Made by a program: the position numbers and the translations under genes
Origin: Eledone cirrhosa
Taxonomy: Eukaryota
Length of the DNA: 64,000 bases
Direction of reading: 5' to 3'
Assembly: GCA_964016885.1 (NCBI GenBank)
Contig: OZ024742.1
Location: forward strand, 355,260,001-355,324,000
Part shown: in pieces, positions 44,714 to 56,058 of the stretch
How the letters are laid out: every line of letters begins with the position of its first letter
Position numbering within the stretch: the first letter of the stretch is position 1
The notes under the pieces: model-generated
The model's database searches: none
What the model saw: the letters and a program-made list of their open reading frames with translations, nothing else
What the model was told of the DNA's origin: nothing

Positions 44714-45837
44714 ACAGTTGTATTGGAGAAAGTAATTAATTTGATTGAGAATAGCATAACATCTTGTGTAAAATGTAATTACGTGTACTATGTAGATAAA
44801 AGTTTAGCGCGTTGGAGATATAATCCAGAGTATTGAGTAAGGAAATGGATGAAAGTGATTTTGATAGTTGATAGTTACTTGTGTGTTTTTATTTAAGTTT
44901 GGAGAATGAAGAATATTTCAGTTAATGAAGACAATTTCATAAATAAATGCCCTAAGAAACAGATATGTAAAACATAAAAGATTTGTAGAATGATTGTAGG
45001 GGAAAATGAAAATGTGCACACAATAAAACCAACCAAATATATAAATAAAATGTTATTCTGTAAAATTAAGTGAAATGGAATATTCAGTGGAATGAGAGAA
45101 TAAGACAAGTAATGTCATCGATATTGAAATAAAATTGGACACTGTGGGTCATTGGAACATTGCAACTTAATAAAACATAATTTAAAACACCATGTAAAGA
45201 CATTGGATTCTATTCGAATGTTTCCAAGAATTCTACAATATTAAAAATATGTTAAATTAACAAGATTGCTAGTAATGCCAAAATTACGTTTGTGATTGAT
45301 TCAGCCTGTCTATACGATCATATTTATTTAAAGTATATTTCTTTTGGTGAGATTTTGATATCAGCCTATTCATACCATACTACAATTTGACAGATCATAT
45401 ATAATCATAATTGACAGGCTCTTGATAACTTCTATTTCTCACCATCGTATTGTATAATTTTCTTTATGCCCTCATACTAGGCTACAAATGAAATAATACT
45501 TGCATCATTGAATATAGCTTTTAATAGGTAATCATATCTACAAAGTCATATATGGGCTAAACTCAAAAATGTCCAAACTTTTCTGTGACGATATCCCATG
45601 CATGCTTAATTAGTTCTGTTCTTAACTCGTTTAGCTCAGCTTCTTCGTTGGTTTTCAGGTGACGGAGTAGTTTAATGACTTCTGTTGAGAGGGCGTCAAA
45701 TGGTTGAGCATAGCTCTCTCCCATGTGACATGAACGCCGTCCGAAAGACGAAGAACTGCCTGAAAATGTTCCAACAATCTAGCCGATGGTTTACTCAGTG
45801 TTACAAACGCCTAGCAATCCTTGATATCATCCTTTAT

Positions 45838-46400
45838 ATATCATCATCATCATCATCATCATTGTTTAACGTCTATCTTCTACGCTAGTATCGGTTTCGA
45901 TGGGAATTGTCCCACTTGAGGCAAAATTGGTAGGGTGACTGTAGAGGACTCGCTCGTAGAGGACTGTCTGGCAGGATTTCTACGGCTGGATGCCCTGCTA
46001 ACAAAAAACCACATTTACAGTGTTGACTTGGAGGTTTTTACGGTGATACCTACACGGCGACATAATTGCGTGGACTGTGTGTTTTTGTCGTGGCACCTAC
46101 ACGACCTCATTTATTTTGGACTGGATGTTGTGGTACCAACATAACTTTACAGAGAAAGGGTGGTGATGGTGTGTAGTGGGAGGGTGGAGTAGGGGTAGTG
46201 GGTTGGGTGTATATTTGGTTAAGAGGTGACTATTGACTGTAGGCTAACTTTGTATGTAGGGGAAGCGGGTCATCTGTATTGCTGCGTGGTGCCAAAGATC
46301 TCGCTCCAGTGACATTGTCTTAGAGTGTGCAAGGTCGGAATTTATTAAATCGTCCCAGGTTTTTCTGGGTCTACCTACTCCGTAACTGCCATCAATTTTG
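45838..46400 (-). mobile_element. RTE-type LINE 3' remnant / LINE-tailed SINE
   Basis: GRPRKTWDDLI..LERDLW in ORF 46244-46426; (TGA)n tail at ~45840-45862. Confidence 0.5.
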
Positions 46401-46482
46401 ATATATATACCCATCCCAATCCCCACCCTCTCCTACGACAATATAAGGAAATATATAGATACTACGATTTATTTGGACAGAC

Positions 46483-46533
46483 AGCTTCCTGATGATTTCT
46501 CACGAATGAAACAGCTCTAGTCCTGTAGAAGCT
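46483..46533 (+). ncRNA. Complete type I hammerhead ribozyme
   Basis: AGCUUC-CUGAUGA-uUUC-ucac-GAAu-GAAA-CAG-cucuaguc-CUG-UA-GAAGCU; GUA cleavage after 46527. Confidence 0.8.
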
Positions 46534-46552
46534 CTTCTATATTAAAATTATT

Positions 46553-46912
<360 letters not shown>

Positions 46913-47063
46913 TAAAATAACAGATTAAAGTTTAAGCAAAGATTCACTGCTTTCACCCTTAACGGGATCTTCTGAATCTAACAGATAGACTTTGTTAGTT
47001 TCAGAAGATCCCGTTAAGCGTGAAAGCACCGAATCTTTGCTTAAACTGTAATCTGTTATTTTA
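46913..47063. repeat. 150-bp hairpin between (TA)n tracts
   Basis: taaaataacagatta..aacgggatcttctgaa / ttcagaagatcccgtt..taatctgttatttta; single arm also at ~36040-36096. Confidence 0.88.
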
Positions 47064-47068
47064 ATAAA

Positions 47069-47132
<64 letters not shown>

Positions 47133-47216
47133 CAAAGAGATATTTAATCTGTTGTTTATTCAACAAATTTAATTATAACAGATTCGAGGCACGCTACAAT
47201 TTCTTCTGGAGTATAA

Positions 47217-47518
47217 TATCAATGATATTTATACATGGAAACTATTTTTATAAAACCATATTTATCTTATTATATATATTTCAAGGGTTCCAAATGTTGA
47301 TACGTCTCATCAAAAAAAATACAAAAAATGTTTTATAAATATTGACATACCCAAAAACAAGGACTTGTCGTTTTAAATTGTTTTTGGATATGTCAATATT
47401 TATGAAATAATTTGTGTATTTCATTTGATGAGAGCTTACGAAAATGTTGGTACACTTGAAATATATATAATAAAATAAATATGGTTTTATAAAAATAGTT
47501 TCCACGTATTAATATCAT

Positions 47519-47524
<6 letters not shown>
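47217..47524. repeat. ~300-bp diverged palindrome
   Basis: ggaaactatttttataaaaccatattta / taaatatggttttataaaaatagtttcc and aatattgacata / tatgtcaatatt. Confidence 0.85.
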
Positions 47525-47571
<47 letters not shown>

Positions 47572-47729
47572 TATAAATATATATAAATATATATAAATAT
47601 GTATGTATCTGTATATATATAAAATTAAGTATGAGTGCGTGTGTGTCTGTATATATGTGTGAGTGTATATATATACACTCACACATATATATATACATAT
47701 ATATATAAATACACTCAAACATATATATT

Positions 47730-47792
<63 letters not shown>

Positions 47793-48770
47793 AAGCTAAA
47801 ACCAGCACAAAAAGAACATATACTGTTTATACTTGAAACATGACTCATATGTAAGGAATACTAAAACACTTTTATGTCTGATTTCAAATGCAGTCAACTT
47901 GATCAGTTATAGAAGAATCGGTAGGAAATATTTTAATAAGGTTAACGATGCATTTGAAAGTCAATAAGAAGCCGGTCAGGAACAGTGTTGTGAAACACAT
48001 TATACTGGTATATCATTTTATCGAGCTGAAAATGAGGAAAGGAGAGTTGAGCTTGCGATTTGAACTTCGATCGTGAACAAACAACTGTTTCTACATTTGA
48101 AAGAAGGACAGTATTTTGACGGGAAGGAGAAAGTCAATTCAATCGACTCCAGTGCGTTACTGGTACTTATCTTATCCACCCCGTAAGGATGAAAAGCAAC
48201 GCTTACCTCTGCCTTAATTATATGAACTCAGAACGTAAACGGCCATAACGCTATGCTACAAAGCATATAGTCTGCCGCTCGACCGATGCTGCTAATCCAT
48301 TGTCCACAACCATGTGTTGAAAGATATATTGTTATACTTGGGGAAGGACATGTTGTCCTAATATTGTGTGTGTGTGACAGGTCACACTTATGCAGGTGTA
48401 GCTGGCCTCCTCCAAGGTATATCTCGTTGGAGATGTCTTGGGTAATTTAATGATAGGGACCCCTGTCCTGTCATCTTATTTCTACGGCTGAGTAAACTGG
48501 AGCAACATGAAATAAAGTGTCTCACTCAAGGAAACAACACATCACCCGGTCCGAGAATTGAACTCACAACCTTCCGATTGCAAGCCCATCGCTCTAACCC
48601 CTAGGTCATGCGCCTTCAGGACAAAGATAGAAAATAAACATATTGACAAAGATAGAATATTAATATAAACACATCCAGACACAGACACAAGTAGACGAGC
48701 TCACACTATATTTATGTGAGGGTTTGTATGTATATATGTGAGTGTTTGTATGTATATTTGTGAGTGTTTG

Positions 48771-48825
<55 letters not shown>

Positions 48826-49962
48826 GTGTGTGTGTGTGTGTGTGTGTTTGTAACATGGACTTATGTTTGTTAGTTATGTCTTTTTAAGCAGTTGCACCTT
48901 TCTTATTTTGCTTTTCCTGTTTGGTTTTATCGGATTGAATGAAACTATTTCTAGATTTATTAAAATTCTTAATGTCAGACAGAAGCTTATCTTGAAAGAG
49001 ATTAGGATATGTAAAGAATATTATTATAGATATCATGCTTAAGAACTTGTGTTGTACATAACATGCGTAAGAATTTGTGTTATCAGTGTCTAGAGGAGGA
49101 ATATGGCGTGGTTCGGACACGTCACAAGACATGACAGCCTATGTAAGATCATCATGCAAGGCACCGCTGAGGTTGGATTCAGGAGGAGGCGCTAACGAAA
49201 AAAAGTAGTTGGACAATGTCAAAGAACGAAAGCAAATGATTACACAAGATTTCTTGATGGCCGCCGTTGATAGACTATTTTGAATATGTGCTGTTTCTGC
49301 AACAGGATCCACCCAAATACAGAAGTCAAGAGACTGATGATGAAGACGATGATGATAGTTTTATGTCGCAATTTTCTGTCGCCGTTTCTGCATTCTCACC
49401 ATCGCAGCATAATTTCTGATTTTTTTTTTGTCATACTTTACATAGACATTCTTATGAAAGTCTGAGGTCCAAAACGTTGTTAATCTTTCCCTACTATATC
49501 TAGCATTAAAATAGTAAATGTCTCCTGCACACAGTCGAACACACACACAGTCACACACATAATCAGAGACTCACACATACATATATATATATGTTTGGCT
49601 TAACACTGTTTACGCTGTTTCCAAGACGAAAAACGTCTTAATCTTCACTAAGAGTACATAAGTGTGTTTCCGCACTGTGCATAAGTGGGTAATGCACTGT
49701 TAAGTCTAACTATGATATGAATACTCCCAGCTTGCACATTGTGTTGATTGTTAGTTCCGTTCATACATATCCATACATACATGCATACATGATGGCTGCC
49801 CCCTCGTTATCGAGTATGGCCATTGCACGAGGAGAAACAAAAATTAATAAATTAATAAAAAATAAAATAAAAATAAAAAAAAGAAATATATATATATATA
49901 TATATACATACACACACACATACACATATACACACACACACATATACACACACACGTACATT

Positions 49963-49968
49963 AATAAC

Positions 49969-50016
<48 letters not shown>
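49963..50016. repeat. (AAT)n microsatellite at Tx1 3' end
   Basis: Direct inspection. Confidence 0.95.
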
Positions 50017-50018
<2 letters not shown>

Positions 50019-50277
50019 TTTCTTTATTAACCACAAGGGTTTACATAAAGTAGACATTAAGGACAGTGCAGGACAATGCAGGACAGTACAAATGGGCATT
50101 TCTGCGTGTAAAAAACAAAAACAGAGGATGTAACAAAAATAACAATGAAAATAACAATGAAAAATTCCCCAATAGGGGGGAGACTTCGGAGGGACATTTG
50201 TGGAGAAAGCCCAGTAAAAAGCCACAATGACCCTGACCACCAAGGCAAGTGCCCTCTCCCAGTTTTCCACCTTTAGT

Positions 50278-53200
50278 TTACAGATATATACTCAGAGTCG
50301 GCCCATTCACTCGGGCCATTCTTGCTTCTCTCACCCATCTTTCAACAAAATGATGGGAAGAGAGCACTTCCTTCTCTACTCTGATTTTCCTTTTCAAATG
50401 AAATTTGAAAAAGTCAATCAGAGCATCACCGAAGAGGTAAGTGCTCGTCTTCAGCCCTTTCAAACGTGTCCACCATACTATCTCTTTCGCCATGGCCACC
50501 AGACAGATAAAAACTGCCTGCCCTTCCCGGCTAAAGGAGGAGGGCGGGGCAATCCTCACGATGGACTCAGATGATAGCCGGATCCGTCCTAAACGCGACA
50601 GCAGGTGTTCGACATAAACCCACAAGTCAGCAATTTTCGGACACTGGACGAGTGCGTGCAGGACGGTTTCGTCGCCCTGCGCGCATCTCGGACATGCCCG
50701 GCTGACGGCACCTCCATACCTGTAGAGTTTATCCCGAACTGGCAAGGCTCCTCGGTAGCACTGCCAGGCCAGAGATTTCTGGAAGTTGTCCATAGGCCCT
50801 GGCCCGAAAGTTCTTCCGAAGAGATTGGCTAGTTGATTTTCGTCGACGCCTAGAGTTTCCCCAAGTACGTCGTCGCTCTTCCCCTCCACTAATCCTCTAT
50901 AGAACGCCGAGGTGGAGTTTCCACCGATCACATTGCCCGATTGGTCGAGGGCTGTGAGCGCCTGAAGACATTCCAGTCTCCAGGCGCTCCCTCTCGGTCT
51001 TCGCTTGACCCAGGACTGCAGCTCCGTCAAGGAAACGAGCTGGGGAAACACGCGTCTAGCAAACGGCGACCACACCTGATCACCGTCGAGGAAGAGGTGG
51101 AGATGTCGTAGCCTGAGCGCGTGCCTGCGCATCATCAGCCACGGCATGCCCAGCCCTCCACGTAGCGGGTGTTGACAACAGATGGACCGCCTGACCATCG
51201 GAGCGCGTCCCTTCCACAAAAAGCGAAAGAGCAAACGCTCCAGCACAGTCAGGCGAGGCTTAGGACAAGGTACGACGGTCAGGCGGTAGCAGATGACGGA
51301 CGCGATGTACGCGTTAGCCACCTCCGCTCGACCTTTCAGGGATAGCTTCCTCTCGGCCCATTTCTGGGTGAGAGAAGCCACCCTGCTTGTCACCTCGTCC
51401 CAGTTTTTGTCCGTCTGGAGGTCCGGACCGAACCAGACCCCTAGCAATTTAACCGGTCCGTCCGTCCAGCGTCCGACGACGCTGTTGGACGGCATGGACC
51501 TGCCTCTCCAGGTGCCGAGCTGCAGGCCCACTGACTTTTCCTGGTTGATCATTGCTCCTGTCACCGCTTCGTATTCTCTTAGTGTAGTGCCGATCGCCTC
51601 GATGTGTTTGGCGTTCGACACCACTACGGTGACATCGTCCGCATATGCTGATACGGATCTTCCGCATCCTAGTTCGCGCGGGACCCCCCTCAACGTCTCC
51701 AGTTTGTGCAGTAATGGCTCGAGAGTCAATACGTACAAGAGGGACGAGAGGGGACATCCTTGGCGGACCGAGCGCATGATGTGGAACGGTTCCGACAGGT
51801 GACCGTTCACTCTCACCACAGAGCAGATGTCGCTGTGCATGGCAGCGATCCAGCCTCTGAAGACGGGCCCAAAGCCAGCCGCCCTCAGGACTGCCGCTAG
51901 GTAACGATGGTCGACCCTATCGAAAGCTTTCGACTGATCTAAATTGATCAAGGACCCACCCGTGCCAGGTTCCCTAGCTACCCTCTCTACGATGTATCGC
52001 ATGAGGTGGAGGTTGTCGTGGATGGATCTGTCGGGAATGGCGCATGTCTGCGCCTCTCCCACCAGACCACCAACGACAAGCGCCAACCTCTTTGCTAGCA
52101 CCTTGGCCAAAATCTTAAACTCTGTGTTTAGCAGAGTTATGGGCCGGAAATTATCTATGTTATCCCCCTTGTTCGGATCCTTTCTCAGCAGTGCCACCGC
52201 TCCTCGGCTCACAGAACTGGGAATTCTCCCGTTCTGTTGCCAGTTGCAGTAGACGTCCGCCAAGAGGCCTCCGAACAAGTCTGGCATCTGTACGTAAAGT
52301 TCATAGGACAGACCATCCAAACCAGGCGATTTACCCCTTGTGCAGCCAGTCATTGCCTCCCTTACTTCAGCGGCTGTTATCGGCTTTTCGCAACACTTCG
52401 CCTCAGTGGCCGAGAGCCGCGGCAGTCCGTCGAGGTAGACACTAAAGTCCATCCCTCTACCCGGCCCACCGCTGCCCCCGAACAGCTGAGCGAAGTGTCG
52501 CTGAAAAGCTTCTCACATTTGCCCGGGATCGAGTAGCATGCGCCCGTCGTGGTCCACCAAAGACCGGATCGTGGCTTTGTTGCCACGACGCGCCTCCGCC
52601 GCTCGGGCCCATTGAACGGCTTTCGTCCCCTCGTGTCTGAGAGCACGCACCCTTGCTCTGACAACGCAGCCTTCGTGCTTTGCATTGAAGAATTGGTCAA
52701 GGGCCAATTTCGCCGCAAGCACGTCGGTCGCAATGCCTTTGCTAAGCGCCTCGTCTAATTTTCTAACTAGTTCTCCCTCTGCTCTATTTTTCTCTATTGC
52801 TAAAGCCTTACTAAATCTAATCGATTCTATTCTAATCGCTCTTTTCAGAGCAAACCACCACTTGTTGTTGACGATGGCCCCCGTCAACGCCCGCTTAACT
52901 AGTTCGCTAATCCGGTCTCTGTAGGCCTTGCGCGCTGGTAAGGACGCGTTTAGCTTCCAGTAGCCGGGTCCTCGTCTATGAAGCCTATCTAAGTCAAGCA
53001 CACAGATCACGAATTTGTGGTCCGTGTAGCTGACTATCTTGAATTGTGGACAGCCTATGCTAGACCTATCTATTTCCCTACAAAATACTCTATCTAGATA
53101 TGATCTGGATGACCCTATGCGGTTTGTCCAAGTCCACATTGGCACATTCGGGAAATCCAATCGGTACCTGTCAGACAGTTCAAAACGCCTGAGCAGGTTG

Positions 53201-53697
53201 GTGAGGCTCTTGCACCCTCCACCCCTATCCGCTAATCCCACACAGTCCCAGCGTGAATCTAAGATCCCGTTCCAGTCGCCCACTAACACTAAAGAGCGCG
53301 ACGTTCCAAGAAAGGTCTCCAGACGCCGGAAGAAATCAGGCCGCCCTGCTCCTGTCGGGGCATAGACGGCCACTAGCCTGAAAGCTTGCCCGTCTCCGCT
53401 GGTCACGTCCAGCACCACCAGCTTACCCTCTGGGTCCAGGAAGATGGCCCGTATGGCGAGATCCAAACCTCTCCGAAAAAGTACAGCAACTCCTCCACCG
53501 GATCCAGGACGGCTGGGAGATGCGTACACATCGTAGCCGCCGAAGATCGGTGCGAAGGCCCGTGCTTCGGAGATTCTGGTCTCGCTGATGGCCACTACAT
53601 CTATGTTTAGTGACCTGAGGTCGTTGAGCAGGTGACCCTGCTTCCATGACGACCCCAAGCCACGCGCATTTATGCTGCCTATTCTGAGTGAGGTCAT
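50278..53697 (-). pseudogene. Tx1 ORF2: APE endonuclease, reverse transcriptase and C-terminal Cys motif, with a single in-frame TGA at 52513-52515
   Basis: SINARGL, VAISET, VYAP, GDWN, SYLDRVF, YTDHK, GYWKLN; KSPGLDG, FRPITLLN, LDQSKAFDRVDH, VRQGCPLS, AYADD, CPRC..ETVLHALVQC; both listed ORFs are in the same frame. Confidence 0.93.
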
Positions 53698-53732
53698 GTT
53701 TAAAATAGAGTGGAAAAGATGGGAAAGACCAC

Positions 53733-55823
53733 TTACCGTACTTTTGGTAGAGGAGGGATGGTTTTTACATCCCTTTTCACTTGATCGTCTGGTGAAGGGA
53801 CCGTTGAATCGTCCCCTCGGCTGGTCGTCGGCTCTTCTAAGAGAATGTCTGAGTATACTCTTCGATTGATGGTTCCTCCTAGGTCCCTGAAATCACCAAC
53901 TGCGTTGGGGAATTTCGTTTTAATATTTGTGTATTGTTTCTGTGCTATTTTTAGCAGTCTTATGTTAGTTGGCGTTTTGATTGGTGCTGGTATTATGTAG
54001 TCCTGTTGTGAAATGTCTGTGTGTTCAATTATGTAAGTCATTAGTTTCTTGTTGTGTGTGTTTATTGCCGTGCATTTGTTTTTCTGGGGGTGGGGTGTGG
54101 TTCTGCTATTTTCTTGTCGTTGTTGCTGGGTGTGTGTGTTTTGTTGTTGTGTTTGCGATGTTGGTGCTTGTGGTGGTGGTGTTGAAGGTGTTGTTGGCGG
54201 TGGGGTTGTCGCCGGTGGTGATGGTAGTGCTAGTGTGGGTGGTGATGGTGTTGGTGTTGTTGCTGCTGTGGGTCTCTTTGCAGTAGACTTTACCCTTTTC
54301 TCATTTCTTTCCTCCCTTTTCAAAGGCGACGATGCGCTGCTTCTGCGTTTGTGCCTTCTTGCGACCTTTTGCCATCCCTCTCCCACCTCACACTCCATGT
54401 CTGATTCTGTGAGGTCGGGGAGGGGTACCAGCTCCACTCTTTCACTTGTTGTTGTTGGTGATGCTTGCACTGGAGTCTCTGTTGCAGCTGCATTTGGTAT
54501 TGCTGTTGTTGTTGTTAATATTTCCACTGCTGCTGCTGTCTTTGATTTCCGTGGAGTGGGTATGGGTGCCACGGACCTATCGTTCCTGGTTGCCGCTTGT
54601 CCTGTTGCTGGTAGCCGTGGAGCCGGATTCGGAAGGAGGGGGGTTTTCTCCTTTCTCAGGGTCTTCTCGTTGCAGAAGGCCCTGAGGTGAGTCTTCGATC
54701 CACAGCGAAAGCATTTCGGGCGTTTGCCCTCAACACTTATGGGCAGTTGAGTGCCGTTATCGAAGTCTATCACATCCCGGATAGCTTCGATGCACTCCTG
54801 GTTGGTTTGGATTAGCATCTCAATGGAGGAGCCGACCCAATCTTCTCTTACTTTTTTCTGTACTTGCAGTACAGTTGTTTTGTCCTCGATTCCGACGAGG
54901 ACAGACGCGGCCAGCCAAGAAGGGGTCATTCCGGGGGGGACGTGGGTCAGTTTGACCCTCACAATTTTTTGCCCGCAGTAGGAGGGCACCAACACCATTT
55001 CCTCGCTCCTTAGGGTCACTACTGATTGGGCCTTTGCCTCCTGGGGTGTGGCAAAAAGTACGTCTACGGTGGTGTATTTTTTGCCTCGGGTGATGTGCGT
55101 TTTCCTCTGCCACACAGACCCCAAGGCTTTTTGTATTTGGGCCTCTGTGGCTCTTTCCACCCTACGGGATTTTGTACTTACTGTACGGTACGTGACCGTA
55201 CAGTGCTCTTGGGTTTCGAAAAAATTTTTCGCTGCCTTGCAGATTGCTCGGTGTTCGTTCTTTGTCACCATCTTCTTCGCTTCCTCTAATTCCTCATTTG
55301 TTATGAGGATTGTTTCCAAGTTTTTCGCAATACCTGCAAATGACATTGGTTTGTCTCTGCTGTTGTTGTTGTCGTCAGAGCTGCTGGTACTTTTGTTGTT
55401 GCTGCAGGTACTACGACTACTGCCTCCGCCGCTGTTGCTGTGGTTGTTGTTGGTGTTGCTGCTGCTAATGCTGTTGTTGTTTATGCTGCTGGTGATGCTG
55501 TTGCGGCTGCTACTGTTGTTTTCATTGTCACTGTTATTATTACGGCTGCTACTGCTATTATTCCTGACGTCAGACGAATGAACTGGGTTTTTGTATTTCC
55601 CGCACACCTGTTTCGTCGCTGTCGTCGTCGTCGTGGAGAAACTTTGCACGCTTTGCACGAGACTTTTCTTTTCTTTCGTCACTTGCGAAAGAGAAGGGAG
55701 GGAGAGAGACACATTTAAAGAAGGGAGGGAGAGAGACAATCTTCTCTCTGCTGTAGTGATGATTGAGGAAGAAGAAGACGGAATGAGTGGGAGTGACGTA
55801 TGAAATTTCTTTTTCGTAGCCAT
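53733..55823 (-). CDS. Tx1 ORF1 (gag-like nucleic-acid-binding protein, 696 aa)
   Basis: Open 696-aa ORF upstream of ORF2 with CFRCGSKTHLRAFC zinc knuckle and Ser/Asn- and Pro/Thr-rich low-complexity segments. Confidence 0.85.
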   Translation of the reverse strand: MATKKKFHTSLPLIPSSSSSIITTAERRLSLSLPSLNVSLSLPSLSQVTKEKKSLVQSVQSFSTTTTTATKQVCGKYKNPVHSSDVRNNSSSSRNNNSDNENNSSSRNSITSSINNNSISSSNTNNNHSNSGGGSSRSTCSNNKSTSSSDDNNNSRDKPMSFAGIAKNLETILITNEELEEAKKMVTKNEHRAICKAAKNFFETQEHCTVTYRTVSTKSRRVERATEAQIQKALGSVWQRKTHITRGKKYTTVDVLFATPQEAKAQSVVTLRSEEMVLVPSYCGQKIVRVKLTHVPPGMTPSWLAASVLVGIEDKTTVLQVQKKVREDWVGSSIEMLIQTNQECIEAIRDVIDFDNGTQLPISVEGKRPKCFRCGSKTHLRAFCNEKTLRKEKTPLLPNPAPRLPATGQAATRNDRSVAPIPTPRKSKTAAAVEILTTTTAIPNAAATETPVQASPTTTSERVELVPLPDLTESDMECEVGEGWQKVARRHKRRSSASSPLKREERNEKRVKSTAKRPTAATTPTPSPPTLALPSPPATTPPPTTPSTPPPQAPTSQTQQQNTHTQQQRQENSRTTPHPQKNKCTAINTHNKKLMTYIIEHTDISQQDYIIPAPIKTPTNIRLLKIAQKQYTNIKTKFPNAVGDFRDLGGTINRRVYSDILLEEPTTSRGDDSTVPSPDDQVKRDVKTIPPLPKVR

Positions 55824-56058
55824 GTTGTTTTTTGTTTAAAATGAATATTGGGTTCAAAACCCCAATAACTGGTTATTTAGCCCCGAAGGGCCAAATAACA
55901 GACAGAAAGACCCCTCTCACGAGGAGGAGGGTGTCTTTATCAACAATTTGGTTCAAGTTTTAAACAATTTACAATTGTTTTAACGGTTAAAAATTACTAT
56001 ACCTTACAGAGCCGAGCCTCCGTCAACCATGGCATTCAATAATAATAATAATAATAAT

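Larger units (their letters stand above)
50017..56037 (-). mobile_element. Full-length Tx1-type (L1 superfamily) non-LTR retrotransposon
   Basis: 5' UTR, ORF1 with CCHC knuckle, ORF2 APE-RT-Cys, 3' UTR with AATAAA then (ATT)n; (AAT)n on both sides. Confidence 0.93.

Noticed and set aside
51293-55803. Plus-strand ORFs overlapping the Tx1 element
   Set aside because: Antisense shadows of GC-rich or low-complexity coding sequence
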